Origin: Klebsiella phage ST13-OXA48phi12.1
Sequence record: MK422453.1
Reading direction: 5' to 3' (one strand)
Length of the DNA stretch: 39,086 nucleotides
Positions 20,723 to 29,591 of this stretch are shown here, one piece after another. The translations under genes and the position numbers were made by a program. The first letter of the stretch is position 1. Each line of letters starts with the position of its first letter. The notes below the pieces were generated by a model that had not been told where the DNA came from, did no database searches, and saw only the letters and a list, made by a program, of their open reading frames with translations.

Positions 20723-21146
20723 GTTTCACCGTCCACATTTCTTCGGGTACGTCGGGTTCCGGCACCGCTTCAACGCTCGATACGGTGCCGTCTGTGCTGA
20801 CAATCACGCGCTCCGTAAGCTGCAGATTGAGGCTGAGATCACACAGATCGTTGCTCAGGATATCGACGTCAAAGGTAAAAAGTTTTTCGCGCAGTTCCGG
20901 GTTGTTGATGGCGTCCGGTTGATTGGTGATTAACCAGAGCAGCACGGGCGCCATCACTAAATTCTGGTTGCCGCTAAAGTCTTCAATCACCACGTTCAGG
21001 GTATAGCGGTATTCCCATGACATTGAACGGGCGCCGGTTGCAACCAGCGAACCGTTATCAACAAAAAGGTGCAGTTTGTCCGGGTTGTCACGGACATACG
21101 CCACCGATTTATTCAGAGCGTTGCGTAAGGACTGTGGCTTGTTCAC
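20715..21146 (-). CDS. R: tail completion protein gpR-like (GTG start), about 143 aa
   Basis: VNKPQSLRNALNKSVAYVRDNPDKLHLFVDNGSLVATG...RYTLNVVIEDFSG aligns with P2 R (MLKPDSLRRALTDAV...FVDNGSIAST...RYTLNVIVTDFTG). The upstream part of ORF 20715..21218 is excluded. Confidence 0.75.
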   Translation of the reverse strand: MNKPQSLRNALNKSVAYVRDNPDKLHLFVDNGSLVATGARSMSWEYRYTLNVVIEDFSGNQNLVMAPVLLWLITNQPDAINNPELREKLFTFDVDILSNDLCDLSLNLQLTERVIVSTDGTVSSVEAVPEPDVPEEMWTVKRG

Positions 21147-21399
21147 TGTCTCGCTCCTGACACGCAATGATCGTGTCCACTTTGTCGGCACATGCCGCCC
21201 AGGCGGCCTCAGTCTCATCCAGCACCTGATTCAGATCCCCATTACTGCGCGGCGCTGACCTGTCCAGACGGCACTGCGTCACTTTTGGACAACCACTCAC
21301 GGTAAGCTGCACCTCCGGCGAGGGCCGGGCGGTCCCGCAGCCGGATAATGCCAGCAGGCAAAGGAGTGTCAGCCCAGCGGCGTAAATCCTCGTTTTCAC
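21109..21399 (-). CDS. outer-membrane spanin lipoprotein (Rz1/LysC-like), 96 aa, embedded out of frame in the i-spanin gene
   Basis: Lipobox LLALSGC and a Pro-rich mature region. The gene overlaps the 3' half of the i-spanin gene in another frame, the classic overlapped spanin architecture. Confidence 0.75.
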   Translation of the reverse strand: MKTRIYAAGLTLLCLLALSGCGTARPSPEVQLTVSGCPKVTQCRLDRSAPRSNGDLNQVLDETEAAWAACADKVDTIIACQERDSEQATVLTQRSE

Positions 21400-21670
21400 G
21401 TTTTAGCTCCTCGATCCGGCGCTGGCGACTCCGCAACAGTGCGGAAGTCTCCTCCGCTGCAGCATAAAGTTGCATCTGCGCCCGGCTGTTGGTTTCGGTA
21501 AGAATGGACAGGCTGATGAGCTGGCTGTTTTTCTTCGCCAGCTCCAGCTTGTTCTTTTTAAGCGCCTCAGCCTGCGTCCCGATGGTGTGACCGGCATTAT
21601 TAAGCCGCCATGACTGCCAGCCCAGCAGTGCCAGCACCAGAGCCAGAATCACCGCCAGCGCGCGCGTCAT
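21242..21670 (-). CDS. inner-membrane spanin (Rz/LysB-like), 142 aa
   Basis: N-terminal TM segment (ALAVILALVLALLGW) followed by a coiled-coil, immediately downstream of the endolysin. Confidence 0.8.
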   Translation of the reverse strand: MTRALAVILALVLALLGWQSWRLNNAGHTIGTQAEALKKNKLELAKKNSQLISLSILTETNSRAQMQLYAAAEETSALLRSRQRRIEELKRENEDLRRWADTPLPAGIIRLRDRPALAGGAAYREWLSKSDAVPSGQVSAAQ

Positions 21671-22182
21671 GCCCCTGCCCCTTTAAGACACCAGGCAAGC
21701 TCACGGGCGCGCCGGTTTTCCAGCCCTTTATTCCATTGACCATTTACATAAACCCAGCGGGGGAGCTGGTTGCACGCCTTCCACCATTGCTGGCGATTGA
21801 TGTAAGAAACCATTGTTGACCGGCAGATTGCCCCTGTTCCGACATTAAAGCCGATACTGATCAGGGCATCGTAAACATGCTGAGGTGGTTTAACCTGCAG
21901 GCAGGCTTCAATCCTTTTTTCCGTCAGCAATACGTTATTAATCAGCCCCTGCGCGGCCTGTCGCTCCGTTATGCTTTTGCCCGGCACTACCCCGGACGTA
22001 TTGCCGATCCCGTCAGTCCAGACCCCGGCGCTGCACTGGTATGGCTGCAGGCGGCACCCTTCGAAATCAGCAATCAGTTTCAGCCCCTCAACGGAGGTAT
22101 GAAGCGACTGAAAGCCTGGCAGCGTGGCGGCAATCGCCAGCACCGCGCCGACCAGGCAACGCTTAACGATTGAAGGACTCAT
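21667..22182 (-). CDS. K: endolysin, GH24 lysozyme with N-terminal signal-anchor-release (SAR) segment, 171 aa
   Basis: The N-terminus MSPSIVKRCLVGAVLAIAATLPGF is weakly hydrophobic and Gly/Ala-rich, followed by a T4-lysozyme-like catalytic region (EGCRLQPYQCSAGVWTDGIGNT). Confidence 0.85.
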   Translation of the reverse strand: MSPSIVKRCLVGAVLAIAATLPGFQSLHTSVEGLKLIADFEGCRLQPYQCSAGVWTDGIGNTSGVVPGKSITERQAAQGLINNVLLTEKRIEACLQVKPPQHVYDALISIGFNVGTGAICRSTMVSYINRQQWWKACNQLPRWVYVNGQWNKGLENRRARELAWCLKGAGA

Positions 22183-22378
22183 ATTCCCCCCTGGATATTC
22201 TGCCGTCCCGCAGCAGCTGGTAGGCTTTCCAGCGTAAATAACAGGTCACCGCTGCAGTAATAATCCCCAGCGCAAGACCGGTAATGGTCGAAACATCTTT
22301 AAGAGACAAATCGCCGAGCCATGCCAGAAGCAGGGCAACGCAGTAAGTGATAAAGGCGCTGATTCGTTCAAGCGTCAT
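22163..22378 (-). CDS. holin, 71 aa
   Basis: Two hydrophobic TM segments and a charged C-terminus, located just upstream of and overlapping the endolysin. Confidence 0.8.
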   Translation of the reverse strand: MTLERISAFITYCVALLLAWLGDLSLKDVSTITGLALGIITAAVTCYLRWKAYQLLRDGRISRGEYESFNR

Positions 22379-22381
22379 AGT

Positions 22382-22585
22382 TCAGTCCCATAACTGGACA
22401 GTCTGCGCAGTGGTTGACGCCGTAATGTCCGGCAGCTCCACCTGCAGCCCGTGCGGTAAAAAGGGGCCATATTCAGCCAGCCCCGGATTCGCCTGCAGCA
22501 CCTGTTCAGTGACTCCCTGCGTGCGCCCGTAATGGCGCCAGCAGAGTGCGTCCACCGTGTCATACTGATGCGCACGCACTTTCAT
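22382..22585 (-). CDS. X: tail protein gpX-like (LysM-like), 67 aa
   Basis: Internal start MKVRAHQYDTVDALCWRHYGRTQGVTEQVLQANPGLAEYGPFLPHGLQVELPD matches P2 X and its length. The start codon overlaps the L stop (ATGA). Confidence 0.9.
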   Translation of the reverse strand: MKVRAHQYDTVDALCWRHYGRTQGVTEQVLQANPGLAEYGPFLPHGLQVELPDITASTTAQTVQLWD

Positions 22586-23052
22586 CAAATCAGCTCCACC
22601 GTCATATGCGGCATATCGCGCAGGCGGGACTCCGCCCAGCGCACATCTCGCCACAGCTCGCCTAAGGTTGTTTCGATATCTTCGGCTTTCTTGCTTCCGT
22701 CGCCGGTTGCGTCAAAATCGCGATAGCGCTCAACCAGGTTTGCTTTTGCCCAGCAAAACACCGCACGGCGATACAGCATGAGCCGCTGGCTTTCGCCGTC
22801 GATCACATCAGCCGGGACGTCGGCTAGGCTCGCATACCCCTGCGCCCGTTGTTTCTCGCGGAATTCATAAAGATCGGCGTTAACTTCAGCAATCGCTGTC
22901 AGCAACGCCAGACGCAGGCGCGGATCGGTGACACTCCCATCCATGCGCATATCACGGCGGAACTCTGAAACCCTGACATCAGGCCAGAAACTGGTGTTTT
23001 TAATAACGTCCTGGGTACTTTCCCCGGCCTGTTCCGGCGAAACGAATTGCAT
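22585..23052 (-). CDS. L: head completion/stabilisation protein gpL-like, about 155 aa
   Basis: Start MQFVSPEQAGES with a GGGAG SD. NTSFWPDVRVSEFRRDMRMDGSVT aligns with P2 L (NTFWPDISLKEFRNAQRLDGTTT). Confidence 0.85.
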   Translation of the reverse strand: MQFVSPEQAGESTQDVIKNTSFWPDVRVSEFRRDMRMDGSVTDPRLRLALLTAIAEVNADLYEFREKQRAQGYASLADVPADVIDGESQRLMLYRRAVFCWAKANLVERYRDFDATGDGSKKAEDIETTLGELWRDVRWAESRLRDMPHMTVELI

Positions 23053-23150
23053 ATTTCTGGCACTCCCAAATAGTTGGGCGGTGGACGGGGTTTTGACGCG
23101 GCATAAAGCCTGTCGCCACACCGTGCCGCCCCGCGCGTTGGCACGATTCG

Positions 23151-23804
23151 TTAAGCCGACATCGCCTGTCGCAATCGGCTTTCAAGCTTGTTGATTTCGG
23201 TTTTGACGCCAGAACTGTTATCCAGCTGCAGGGCACGCTTCAGATGGTTAAGTGCCGCCACTGCCTGATCGTTATCCCGCAGCGCGTAGCCCATCGCCTT
23301 ATGAAGTCGGGCGCGGGACTGATCCGGCATATCCTGACCTTCAACGATATCGAGCACCTGGGTAAGAATGGCGGCACTGAATGATTCACCGGCAGAAAAA
23401 GCGCGCATTGCCGCGTCGGCAAATTCTTCCGCAACAGCGGTCCCGCAGGTCCGGTTGAATCGCTGCGGCAGGACCCAGCCGTGTTTAATGGCATGGCGGG
23501 CAATGTCCAGCGCGCCGGTATAGTCTCCGGCATCAATGCGCCAGATCATGACGTACATCGCCACGTCGTCCTGGCCTGACGCGTCAGCATCCAGTAAACC
23601 GGCAATCCATGAGGCATAAGCGGGAAGAAACTCACGTTTGAGCTGAGCCTTGCGCTCATTTGACTGGACGGTTTTAAGGCGCCTGCGGTGTTCTGTCAGC
23701 TGTAACAGCATCTGGTTGTAGCCCGTCAGGCTGGCATTACTGCCGCCCTGCCGGGCGGCATCCTGTGCCTGTACATACTGAGTGTGAGCACGGAACGGAT
23801 TCAT
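23151..23804 (-). CDS. M: terminase endonuclease (small) subunit gpM-like, 217 aa
   Basis: Position between N and L. Protein-level resemblance to P2 M (REFLPAYASWIAGLLDA...). Confidence 0.85.
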   Translation of the reverse strand: MNPFRAHTQYVQAQDAARQGGSNASLTGYNQMLLQLTEHRRRLKTVQSNERKAQLKREFLPAYASWIAGLLDADASGQDDVAMYVMIWRIDAGDYTGALDIARHAIKHGWVLPQRFNRTCGTAVAEEFADAAMRAFSAGESFSAAILTQVLDIVEGQDMPDQSRARLHKAMGYALRDNDQAVAALNHLKRALQLDNSSGVKTEINKLESRLRQAMSA

Positions 23805-23807
23805 TTA

Positions 23808-24956
23808 TCACGCTCCGGCGTCAGCACCGCCAGCTGCCTGCGCATCAAGCGCACCTTTCACCGCTGCCGTGACGATTTCCTGGATGGTTTCAGTTGTCAG
23901 CGCTGGGCTGGCATTGCCACCTGCCTGCACGGGTAACAGTTCGATGTTCTCAACCAGGCAAACGCCGTCGTAATCTTCGACAACATACGCCTCGTTAACG
24001 GACTCGAAGTTCTCCACGCGGTCACGCTTCGGATTGTCGATGACCGAACGGCGACGGGAGCCTGATTGCCAGTAAATAGATAGGTTATCCAGGCGGGTGA
24101 TCAGCATGGCATTCGCCGGGAAGAACGGCGCGCGAACGGCCGGGAGGTTGCCGATACGCTTCTGGCTGACGATAAGATCTGCCGCCAGCGTTTCGCTGTT
24201 TGGCTGGTCACGGTTGACGATCGGGAAATATTTATCCGCCAGTAACTGGCGCCCGACGATAACCACAAGCTCCGTATCTTCCTGATACCACGGCGCGATT
24301 TTCTCATTCACGGCGCCCATAACCAGCGCGTCCAGATTCAGGAAATCACCGCCTTTACCGACACGGATAGTCTGAGAAATCACCTCGCCCTCGGACACGA
24401 TCTTATCCATCACCTGAACGGGTTTCTCCTGGCGGATTTTTTCCAGCCAGCCGATATTCACATCCTGCAGCAGTGGATAGGTCGCGCGGTCTGACGTTTT
24501 CTCACGCTTCACGCCGTTGAAGCCAATCATGATGCGGTCAAGCGCCTGGCGGGTAATGATGGCGTCACGGATGCGCGTCTGGAAGTCCTGGAATTTGGCC
24601 CATAAATCCAGCTTCGCATAGGGCAGCGCCGTATCAGAGTTGGTCTGGGTACACTTGTACCCTTCACCGTCGATGTAAGTCGGATCAACGGGTTCACGGT
24701 CTTTCTGGGTGGTATCAGTATTTCCGGCAATACTGGAACCAATACCCAGCCCCAGACGCTCGCCGGACTGCTCATCAACCGGGACAATGTTGATTTTCTG
24801 CAGGAACGAGGAAGACTCCTGGATTTTCGTTTCCAGCGTCTGCGCCACTGACGGCTCAGCCGTATATTTCGAGGCGATATCGCTCACAGATACGCCGTTG
24901 AGTTTGGCGAGCTGCGTCAGATAGCCGTTGAATTTAAAACGTGTCTCTTTTTTCAT
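23808..24956 (-). CDS. N: major capsid protein gpN-like, 382 aa
   Basis: MKKETRFKFNGYLTQLAKLNGV...VIVGRQLLADKYFPIVN...SQKRIGNLPAVRAPFFPANAMLITRLDNLSIY is near-collinear with P2 N. Confidence 0.95.
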   Translation of the reverse strand: MKKETRFKFNGYLTQLAKLNGVSVSDIASKYTAEPSVAQTLETKIQESSSFLQKINIVPVDEQSGERLGLGIGSSIAGNTDTTQKDREPVDPTYIDGEGYKCTQTNSDTALPYAKLDLWAKFQDFQTRIRDAIITRQALDRIMIGFNGVKREKTSDRATYPLLQDVNIGWLEKIRQEKPVQVMDKIVSEGEVISQTIRVGKGGDFLNLDALVMGAVNEKIAPWYQEDTELVVIVGRQLLADKYFPIVNRDQPNSETLAADLIVSQKRIGNLPAVRAPFFPANAMLITRLDNLSIYWQSGSRRRSVIDNPKRDRVENFESVNEAYVVEDYDGVCLVENIELLPVQAGGNASPALTTETIQEIVTAAVKGALDAQAAGGADAGA

Positions 24957-24971
24957 TGTGCTTTTGCTCCG

Positions 24972-25799
24972 TCAGCAATCGGTGGTTTGTTCTGCGCCGT
25001 TATTACCGGTCGCATTAGGGCGGCGCTCGCTGCGGCTGTCCTGAGTGGAAAGCTGCTCACGCAGAGTGGAGAGTGCGCTGGTTGTCTCATCAACAACTTT
25101 TTGCAAATCGCTCAGCTTGTTGCTGAAATCGGTTTGATAGGTGCTGACCTGCTCCGCCAGCGTCTGATGCTCACGCGCGATGGTTTCAACAGCCTGATTC
25201 ACATCAGCAAAGCGGGCGTTATCATCGGCGCCTTTGCGGGACAGCAGCTCTTTTACGCGGGTAAACAGGCTGGTTTTTTCCGGCACGTCCTCAAACTCGA
25301 TCAGTGTTTCAACAGCAGCGGTAAACAGGTTTTCTTTGTCCAGCTTGCGGCGCGCCAGGGGGTTATGTTCTGCGCTGGCGCTGAACTGCAGCATTTCAGT
25401 GCCGAGGCTTGCCGGATCGTCGGTAATCGCCAGGCCAACCAGATAAGCGGAGCCGGTATCGGCAAAACTGGTGTTAATTTCCATTGAGGTGAAAAGCTTC
25501 TGCCAGTTGCTTGTCATCGTGACCAGATCGTCAGTCGGGGCAATCCAGCCATACAGCGCCATTTTCCCGGACAATGCCCCCTCGGTGATTTCTTCCGCTT
25601 CAAGCTTTTCCACCATGCCAAAACGACGGAAGGGCCCATCAGGAGTAAAGCCCTTGATGTGCTCCATATTGATCAGCGCGGTGTATAACTGCGGGTTATA
25701 GCTCGCTGCCATCTGGGTGAGCCATTCACGCTCAATAACGCGCCCGTCAGTAGTGGCCCCTTCGACCCCAATACGAAAACGCTTAGATTTTTTTGCCAT
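24972..25799 (-). CDS. O: capsid scaffolding protein gpO-like, 275 aa
   Basis: MAKKSKRFRIGVEGATTDGRVIEREWLTQMAASYNPQLYTALINMEH is similar to P2 O. Confidence 0.9.
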   Translation of the reverse strand: MAKKSKRFRIGVEGATTDGRVIEREWLTQMAASYNPQLYTALINMEHIKGFTPDGPFRRFGMVEKLEAEEITEGALSGKMALYGWIAPTDDLVTMTSNWQKLFTSMEINTSFADTGSAYLVGLAITDDPASLGTEMLQFSASAEHNPLARRKLDKENLFTAAVETLIEFEDVPEKTSLFTRVKELLSRKGADDNARFADVNQAVETIAREHQTLAEQVSTYQTDFSNKLSDLQKVVDETTSALSTLREQLSTQDSRSERRPNATGNNGAEQTTDC

Positions 25800-25884
25800 C
25801 GGTCCGGCTCCGGTTAGTTAGTTCGTAACACGTTCAGAGCCTTATGTTTGCGGTGATAGGCGCGTGTAAACAACGCGTTGGGCT

Positions 25885-25902
25885 TGTGCGAACTCCCACA
25901 CA
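25885..25902. promoter_or_regulatory. Ogr-type late promoter element TGT-N12-ACA (TGTGCGAACTCCCACACA) in the divergent O/P intergenic region
   Basis: Dyad centred about 94 bp upstream of the O start codon (25799), compatible with a -55 site for leftward PO. The P ATG is 55 bp to the right, so a second, unrecognised site may serve PP. Confidence 0.5.
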
Positions 25903-25948
25903 ATGCGAAGCCGGGGAAAGTGCTGATTTGAGGCCGTATGTTTGTGCC

Positions 25949-27712
25949 ATGACAACACTGACCCCCGCAGACCTCGATCCCCGTCGTCAGGCAATGCTGA
26001 TGTACTTTCAGGGATACCGCGTAGCCCGCATTGCTGAAATGCTGGGCGAGAAAGTTGCAACCGTTCACAGCTGGAAAAAACGCGATAAGTGGGGCGAATA
26101 TGGCCCACTGGATCAGATGCAGCTCACCACCGCCGCACGTTACTGCCAGCTCGTCATGAAGGAGCAGAAGGAAGGAAAGGATTTTAAAGAAATTGACCTG
26201 CTGGCGCGTCAGTCCGAACGACAGGCCAGGATCGGCAAATTTAACAATGGCGGTAATGAAGCAGACCTGAACCCCAACGTGGCCAACCGCAATAAAGGCC
26301 CGCGCAAACCGCCGGAAAAAAACCTGTTTACCGACGAACAAATCGAAAAGCTGGAAGAGATTTTCCGCGCCGGTATGTTCGAGTACCAGCGCCACTGGTG
26401 GGACGCTGGTATCAAACACCGTATCCGCAACCTCTTAAAGTCACGCCAGATCGGTGCAACCTACTATTTCGCCCGTGAAGCGTTAATAGACGCCCTGACC
26501 ACGGGGCGAAATCAAATCTTTCTGTCAGCGAGTAAAGCGCAGGCGCACGTTTTTAAACAGTACATCATCGACTTCGCAAAAGAGGTGGACGTTGAGCTGA
26601 AAGGCGATCCGATGGTGCTGCCTAACGGCGCGTGTCTTTACTTCCTCGGTACAAATGCCCGTACCGCGCAGAGCTACCACGGCAACCTGTATCTTGATGA
26701 GTATTTCTGGATACCGAAATTCCAGGAGCTGCGCAAGGTGGCCTCCGGTATGGCGCTGCACAAAAAATGGCGTCAGACCTATTTCTCTACACCTTCAAGC
26801 TTGACGCACAGCGCCTACCCGTTCTGGTCTGGTGCCCTGTTCAATAAAGGGCGCCCGAAAGCCGACAGGGTAGAATTTGACCTTTCTCACAGTAGCCTAG
26901 AGCACGGCGTTTTGTGCCCTGACGGCCAGTACCGCCAGATAGTCACCATTGAGGATGCCGTAAACGGCGGGTGTAACCTTTTCGACCTGGACCAGCTGCG
27001 CCTGGAGTACAGCCCGGACGAATACAACAACCTGCTGATGTGTCAGTTTGTTGACGACCTGGCGTCCGTGTTCCCGCTGGCGTTGCTGCAGTCCTGCATG
27101 GTTGACAGCTGGGACGTGTGGGACGATTTCGAACCGCTTTTACTGCGTCCGTTTGCATACCACCCTGTCTGGATCGGCTATGACCCGGCAAAAGGAACGC
27201 AGAACGGTGACAGCGCCGGTTGCGTGGTCATTGCGCCTCCCGTCGTCCCCGGCGGTAAATTCCGCATCCTTGAGCGTCACCAGTGGCGCGGGATGGACTT
27301 TCGCGCCCAGGCCTCAGCGATTGAGGAAATCACCAGACGCTACAACGTGACCTACATCGGCATTGATTCGACCGGCGTTGGCGATGGCGTTTACAAAACG
27401 GTTAAGCAGTTCTTCCCTGCCGCGCGTGAGTTTGTCTACAACCCGACCGTTAAAAATGCCCTAGTGCTTAAAGCCTACGACATCATCAGCGGGCGCCGTC
27501 TGGAGTTTGACGCGGGGATGCTGGATATCGCGCAGTCCTTTATGTCCATTCGACGTTCAACCACCGCCAGCGGCAACCGGCCAACCTACGAAGCAGCCCG
27601 CACAGAGGAAGCCAGCCACGCGGATTTAGCCTGGGCAACCATGCACGCACTTTATAACGAACCACTGGCAGGAGCTTCCGCCAGTACCAGCAACATCGTG
27701 GAGATTTTTTAA
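25949..27712 (+). CDS. P: terminase ATPase (large) subunit gpP-like, about 587 aa
   Basis: Start chosen at MTTLTPADLDPRRQAMLMYFQGYRVARIAEMLGEKVATVHSWKKRD, which matches the P2 P N-terminus. A Walker-type ATPase and nuclease domains follow. The upstream part of ORF 25844..27712 is excluded. Confidence 0.9.
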   Translation: MTTLTPADLDPRRQAMLMYFQGYRVARIAEMLGEKVATVHSWKKRDKWGEYGPLDQMQLTTAARYCQLVMKEQKEGKDFKEIDLLARQSERQARIGKFNNGGNEADLNPNVANRNKGPRKPPEKNLFTDEQIEKLEEIFRAGMFEYQRHWWDAGIKHRIRNLLKSRQIGATYYFAREALIDALTTGRNQIFLSASKAQAHVFKQYIIDFAKEVDVELKGDPMVLPNGACLYFLGTNARTAQSYHGNLYLDEYFWIPKFQELRKVASGMALHKKWRQTYFSTPSSLTHSAYPFWSGALFNKGRPKADRVEFDLSHSSLEHGVLCPDGQYRQIVTIEDAVNGGCNLFDLDQLRLEYSPDEYNNLLMCQFVDDLASVFPLALLQSCMVDSWDVWDDFEPLLLRPFAYHPVWIGYDPAKGTQNGDSAGCVVIAPPVVPGGKFRILERHQWRGMDFRAQASAIEEITRRYNVTYIGIDSTGVGDGVYKTVKQFFPAAREFVYNPTVKNALVLKAYDIISGRRLEFDAGMLDIAQSFMSIRRSTTASGNRPTYEAARTEEASHADLAWATMHALYNEPLAGASASTSNIVEIF

Positions 27713-28761
27713 TGGCTAACCGCAAAAACCGCAGCAAGGCACCGCGCGGCCAGACCGCCACCGATACGGCCAACATGGTCAGTAATGCACATGCGGAGGC
27801 GTTTACGTTTGGCGATCCGATCCCCGTGATGGACCGCCGGGAGTTATTTGATTACCTGGAGTGCGTGCAGGTAGACCGCTGGTACGAACCACCGATCAGC
27901 ATGGATGGCCTAGCGCGAACTTACCGCGCCGCCGTGCATCACTCCAGCGCTATTCAGGTAAAACGCAATATTCTTACCAGTACCTTCATCCCTCACCGCT
28001 GGCTGTCTAAACAAGCCTTTTCCCGGTTCGCCCAGGACTTTCTGGTATTCGGTAATGCCTACCTTGAAAAACGCATGAACCTGTTAGGGCAGATCATGGA
28101 GCTGCGCGCCTCGCTTGCCAAATATACCCGTCGTGGCATTGACCCGGACACCTACTGGTTTGCACAGTATGGCTACAACTCACAGCCCTATCAGTTCGAT
28201 GAGGGAAGCGTGTTTCACCTGATGGAACCCGACGTTAACCAGGAGCTTTACGGGATGCCGGAATATCTCTCCGCCATTCCCTCCGCCCTGCTGAATGAAT
28301 CGGCCACCCTGTTTCGCCGTAAGTATTACCTTAACGGTAGCCATGCTGGTTTCATCATGTACATGAGCGACCCCGCCGCCGATCAGGAAGACGTGAACAA
28401 CATACGCGAAGCACTTAAAAAATCGAAAGGGCCAGGCAACTTCCGCAACCTGTTTATGTACAGCCCGAACGGCAAGAAAGACGGTATTCAGATCATCCCA
28501 CTGTCAGAAGTCGCAGCGAAAGATGAGTTTCTTAACATCAAGAATGTGAGCCGTGATGACATGCTGGCAGCTCACCGCGTGCCGCCGCAGCTGATGGGGA
28601 TTATTCCAACAAATACTGGCGGGTTCGGTGATGTTGAAAAAGCGGCGCGCGTTTTCGTACGCAACGAGCTGACACCGCTGCAGTGCCGCATCACTGAAGT
28701 TAACGAGTGGCTGGGTGACGAAGTTATACGCTTTAACCCATACCTGACCGATGAAGACTGA
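27712..28761 (+). CDS. Q: portal protein gpQ-like, 349 aa
   Basis: TAATG overlap with P. It is the last structural gene before the convergent terminators, and its size matches P2 Q. Confidence 0.9.
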   Translation: MANRKNRSKAPRGQTATDTANMVSNAHAEAFTFGDPIPVMDRRELFDYLECVQVDRWYEPPISMDGLARTYRAAVHHSSAIQVKRNILTSTFIPHRWLSKQAFSRFAQDFLVFGNAYLEKRMNLLGQIMELRASLAKYTRRGIDPDTYWFAQYGYNSQPYQFDEGSVFHLMEPDVNQELYGMPEYLSAIPSALLNESATLFRRKYYLNGSHAGFIMYMSDPAADQEDVNNIREALKKSKGPGNFRNLFMYSPNGKKDGIQIIPLSEVAAKDEFLNIKNVSRDDMLAAHRVPPQLMGIIPTNTGGFGDVEKAARVFVRNELTPLQCRITEVNEWLGDEVIRFNPYLTDED

Positions 28762-28787
28762 CGCGCAGCTTGTCAACCTTTGATAAC

Positions 28788-28812
28788 AACCGCCCTTCTC
28801 CGGGCGGTTTTT
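28788..28812 (+). terminator. rho-independent terminator of the P-Q transcript (CCGCCC-TTCTCC-GGGCGG + TTTTT)
   Basis: GC stem plus T5 located 27 nt after the Q stop. Confidence 0.8.
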
Positions 28813-28863
28813 GATTGCCCCCCTAAACCACCTCCCCAAAAGGTTGTTTAGGGGGGCAATCAA
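28811..28863. terminator. 18-bp perfect inverted repeat (TTGATTGCCCCCCTAAAC ... GTTTAGGGGGGCAATCAA, 17-nt loop) between convergent Q and the ATPase/TOPRIM cassette
   Basis: Read directly. It is a very stable hairpin immediately downstream of the minus-strand gene ending at 28871. It lacks a clean U-tract on the minus strand, so it may act as a terminator or as a cos-region/packaging-associated structure. Confidence 0.55.
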
Positions 28864-28870
28864 AACGCTC

Positions 28871-29590
28871 TTAAGATCGTTTCTGTTTACGATTCGACTC
28901 TATTTGTTTTTTAAGCTGGATAAGTCTTTCAACCAACTCAAAAACTTTTGTACTTGGATTATCAGTATCGCTAGCTTCAGCTGCCTGTAAACTTCTCTTA
29001 GCCCTCAGGACTACTTCATTTAAATCTTTTGAATCTAGAGCATTAAGGGTTTTATGAAAAATCCCTTTTGCGCCTTTCTCATAGTTCTTAATATATTTTT
29101 TTAACTCACTGACAATTTGATTTCCCGAACTGTTACCCGGTAAATTTCTAAATGCCTTTGTCGAATAGGTATAATGAAGAAGTAACCAATACTCAAAACA
29201 AGGTACTGAATTAACAGTAAACCAACTTGAACTTGGTTTACTTCTCCTGAGAGCATCGAGTGCTGCCACATAGTCAGTGTGGGCATCCTTATCAATCACT
29301 ACAAAGATTTGATCATAAGGAGCCCCCTTTTCAGTCATTTCTTTATGTTTTTCTTTTGCATGACGAACAACACACATTGGACTAGAGCCACACTCACCAG
29401 TTACATCAATTACACTAGCTGTAAGTAATTCATAATGGTTAATCAAATCCTCAAAATAGTTTGGTTCAGTTTTCTTACCCTCACAAACAATTAATATTTT
29501 AGCGAGAGGGGATTTAACTGCATTACGTCTTGCCAGATCCTTAGCAGTTTTAGGACCACGTTTCTTTTTAAATAAATCCTCGCTTCCCAT
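28871..29590 (-). CDS. TOPRIM-like nuclease partner (RloB/DUF4435-like; OLD-family C-terminal-domain analogue), 239 aa
   Basis: ILIVCEGKKTEPNYF (conserved Glu) and IFVVIDKDAHTD (DxD) fit a TOPRIM catalytic pair. The N-terminus is basic. The start codon overlaps the ATPase stop (translational coupling), and the gene is low in GC. Confidence 0.6.
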   Translation of the reverse strand: MGSEDLFKKKRGPKTAKDLARRNAVKSPLAKILIVCEGKKTEPNYFEDLINHYELLTASVIDVTGECGSSPMCVVRHAKEKHKEMTEKGAPYDQIFVVIDKDAHTDYVAALDALRRSKPSSSWFTVNSVPCFEYWLLLHYTYSTKAFRNLPGNSSGNQIVSELKKYIKNYEKGAKGIFHKTLNALDSKDLNEVVLRAKRSLQAAEASDTDNPSTKVFELVERLIQLKKQIESNRKQKRS

Positions 29591-29591
29591 A

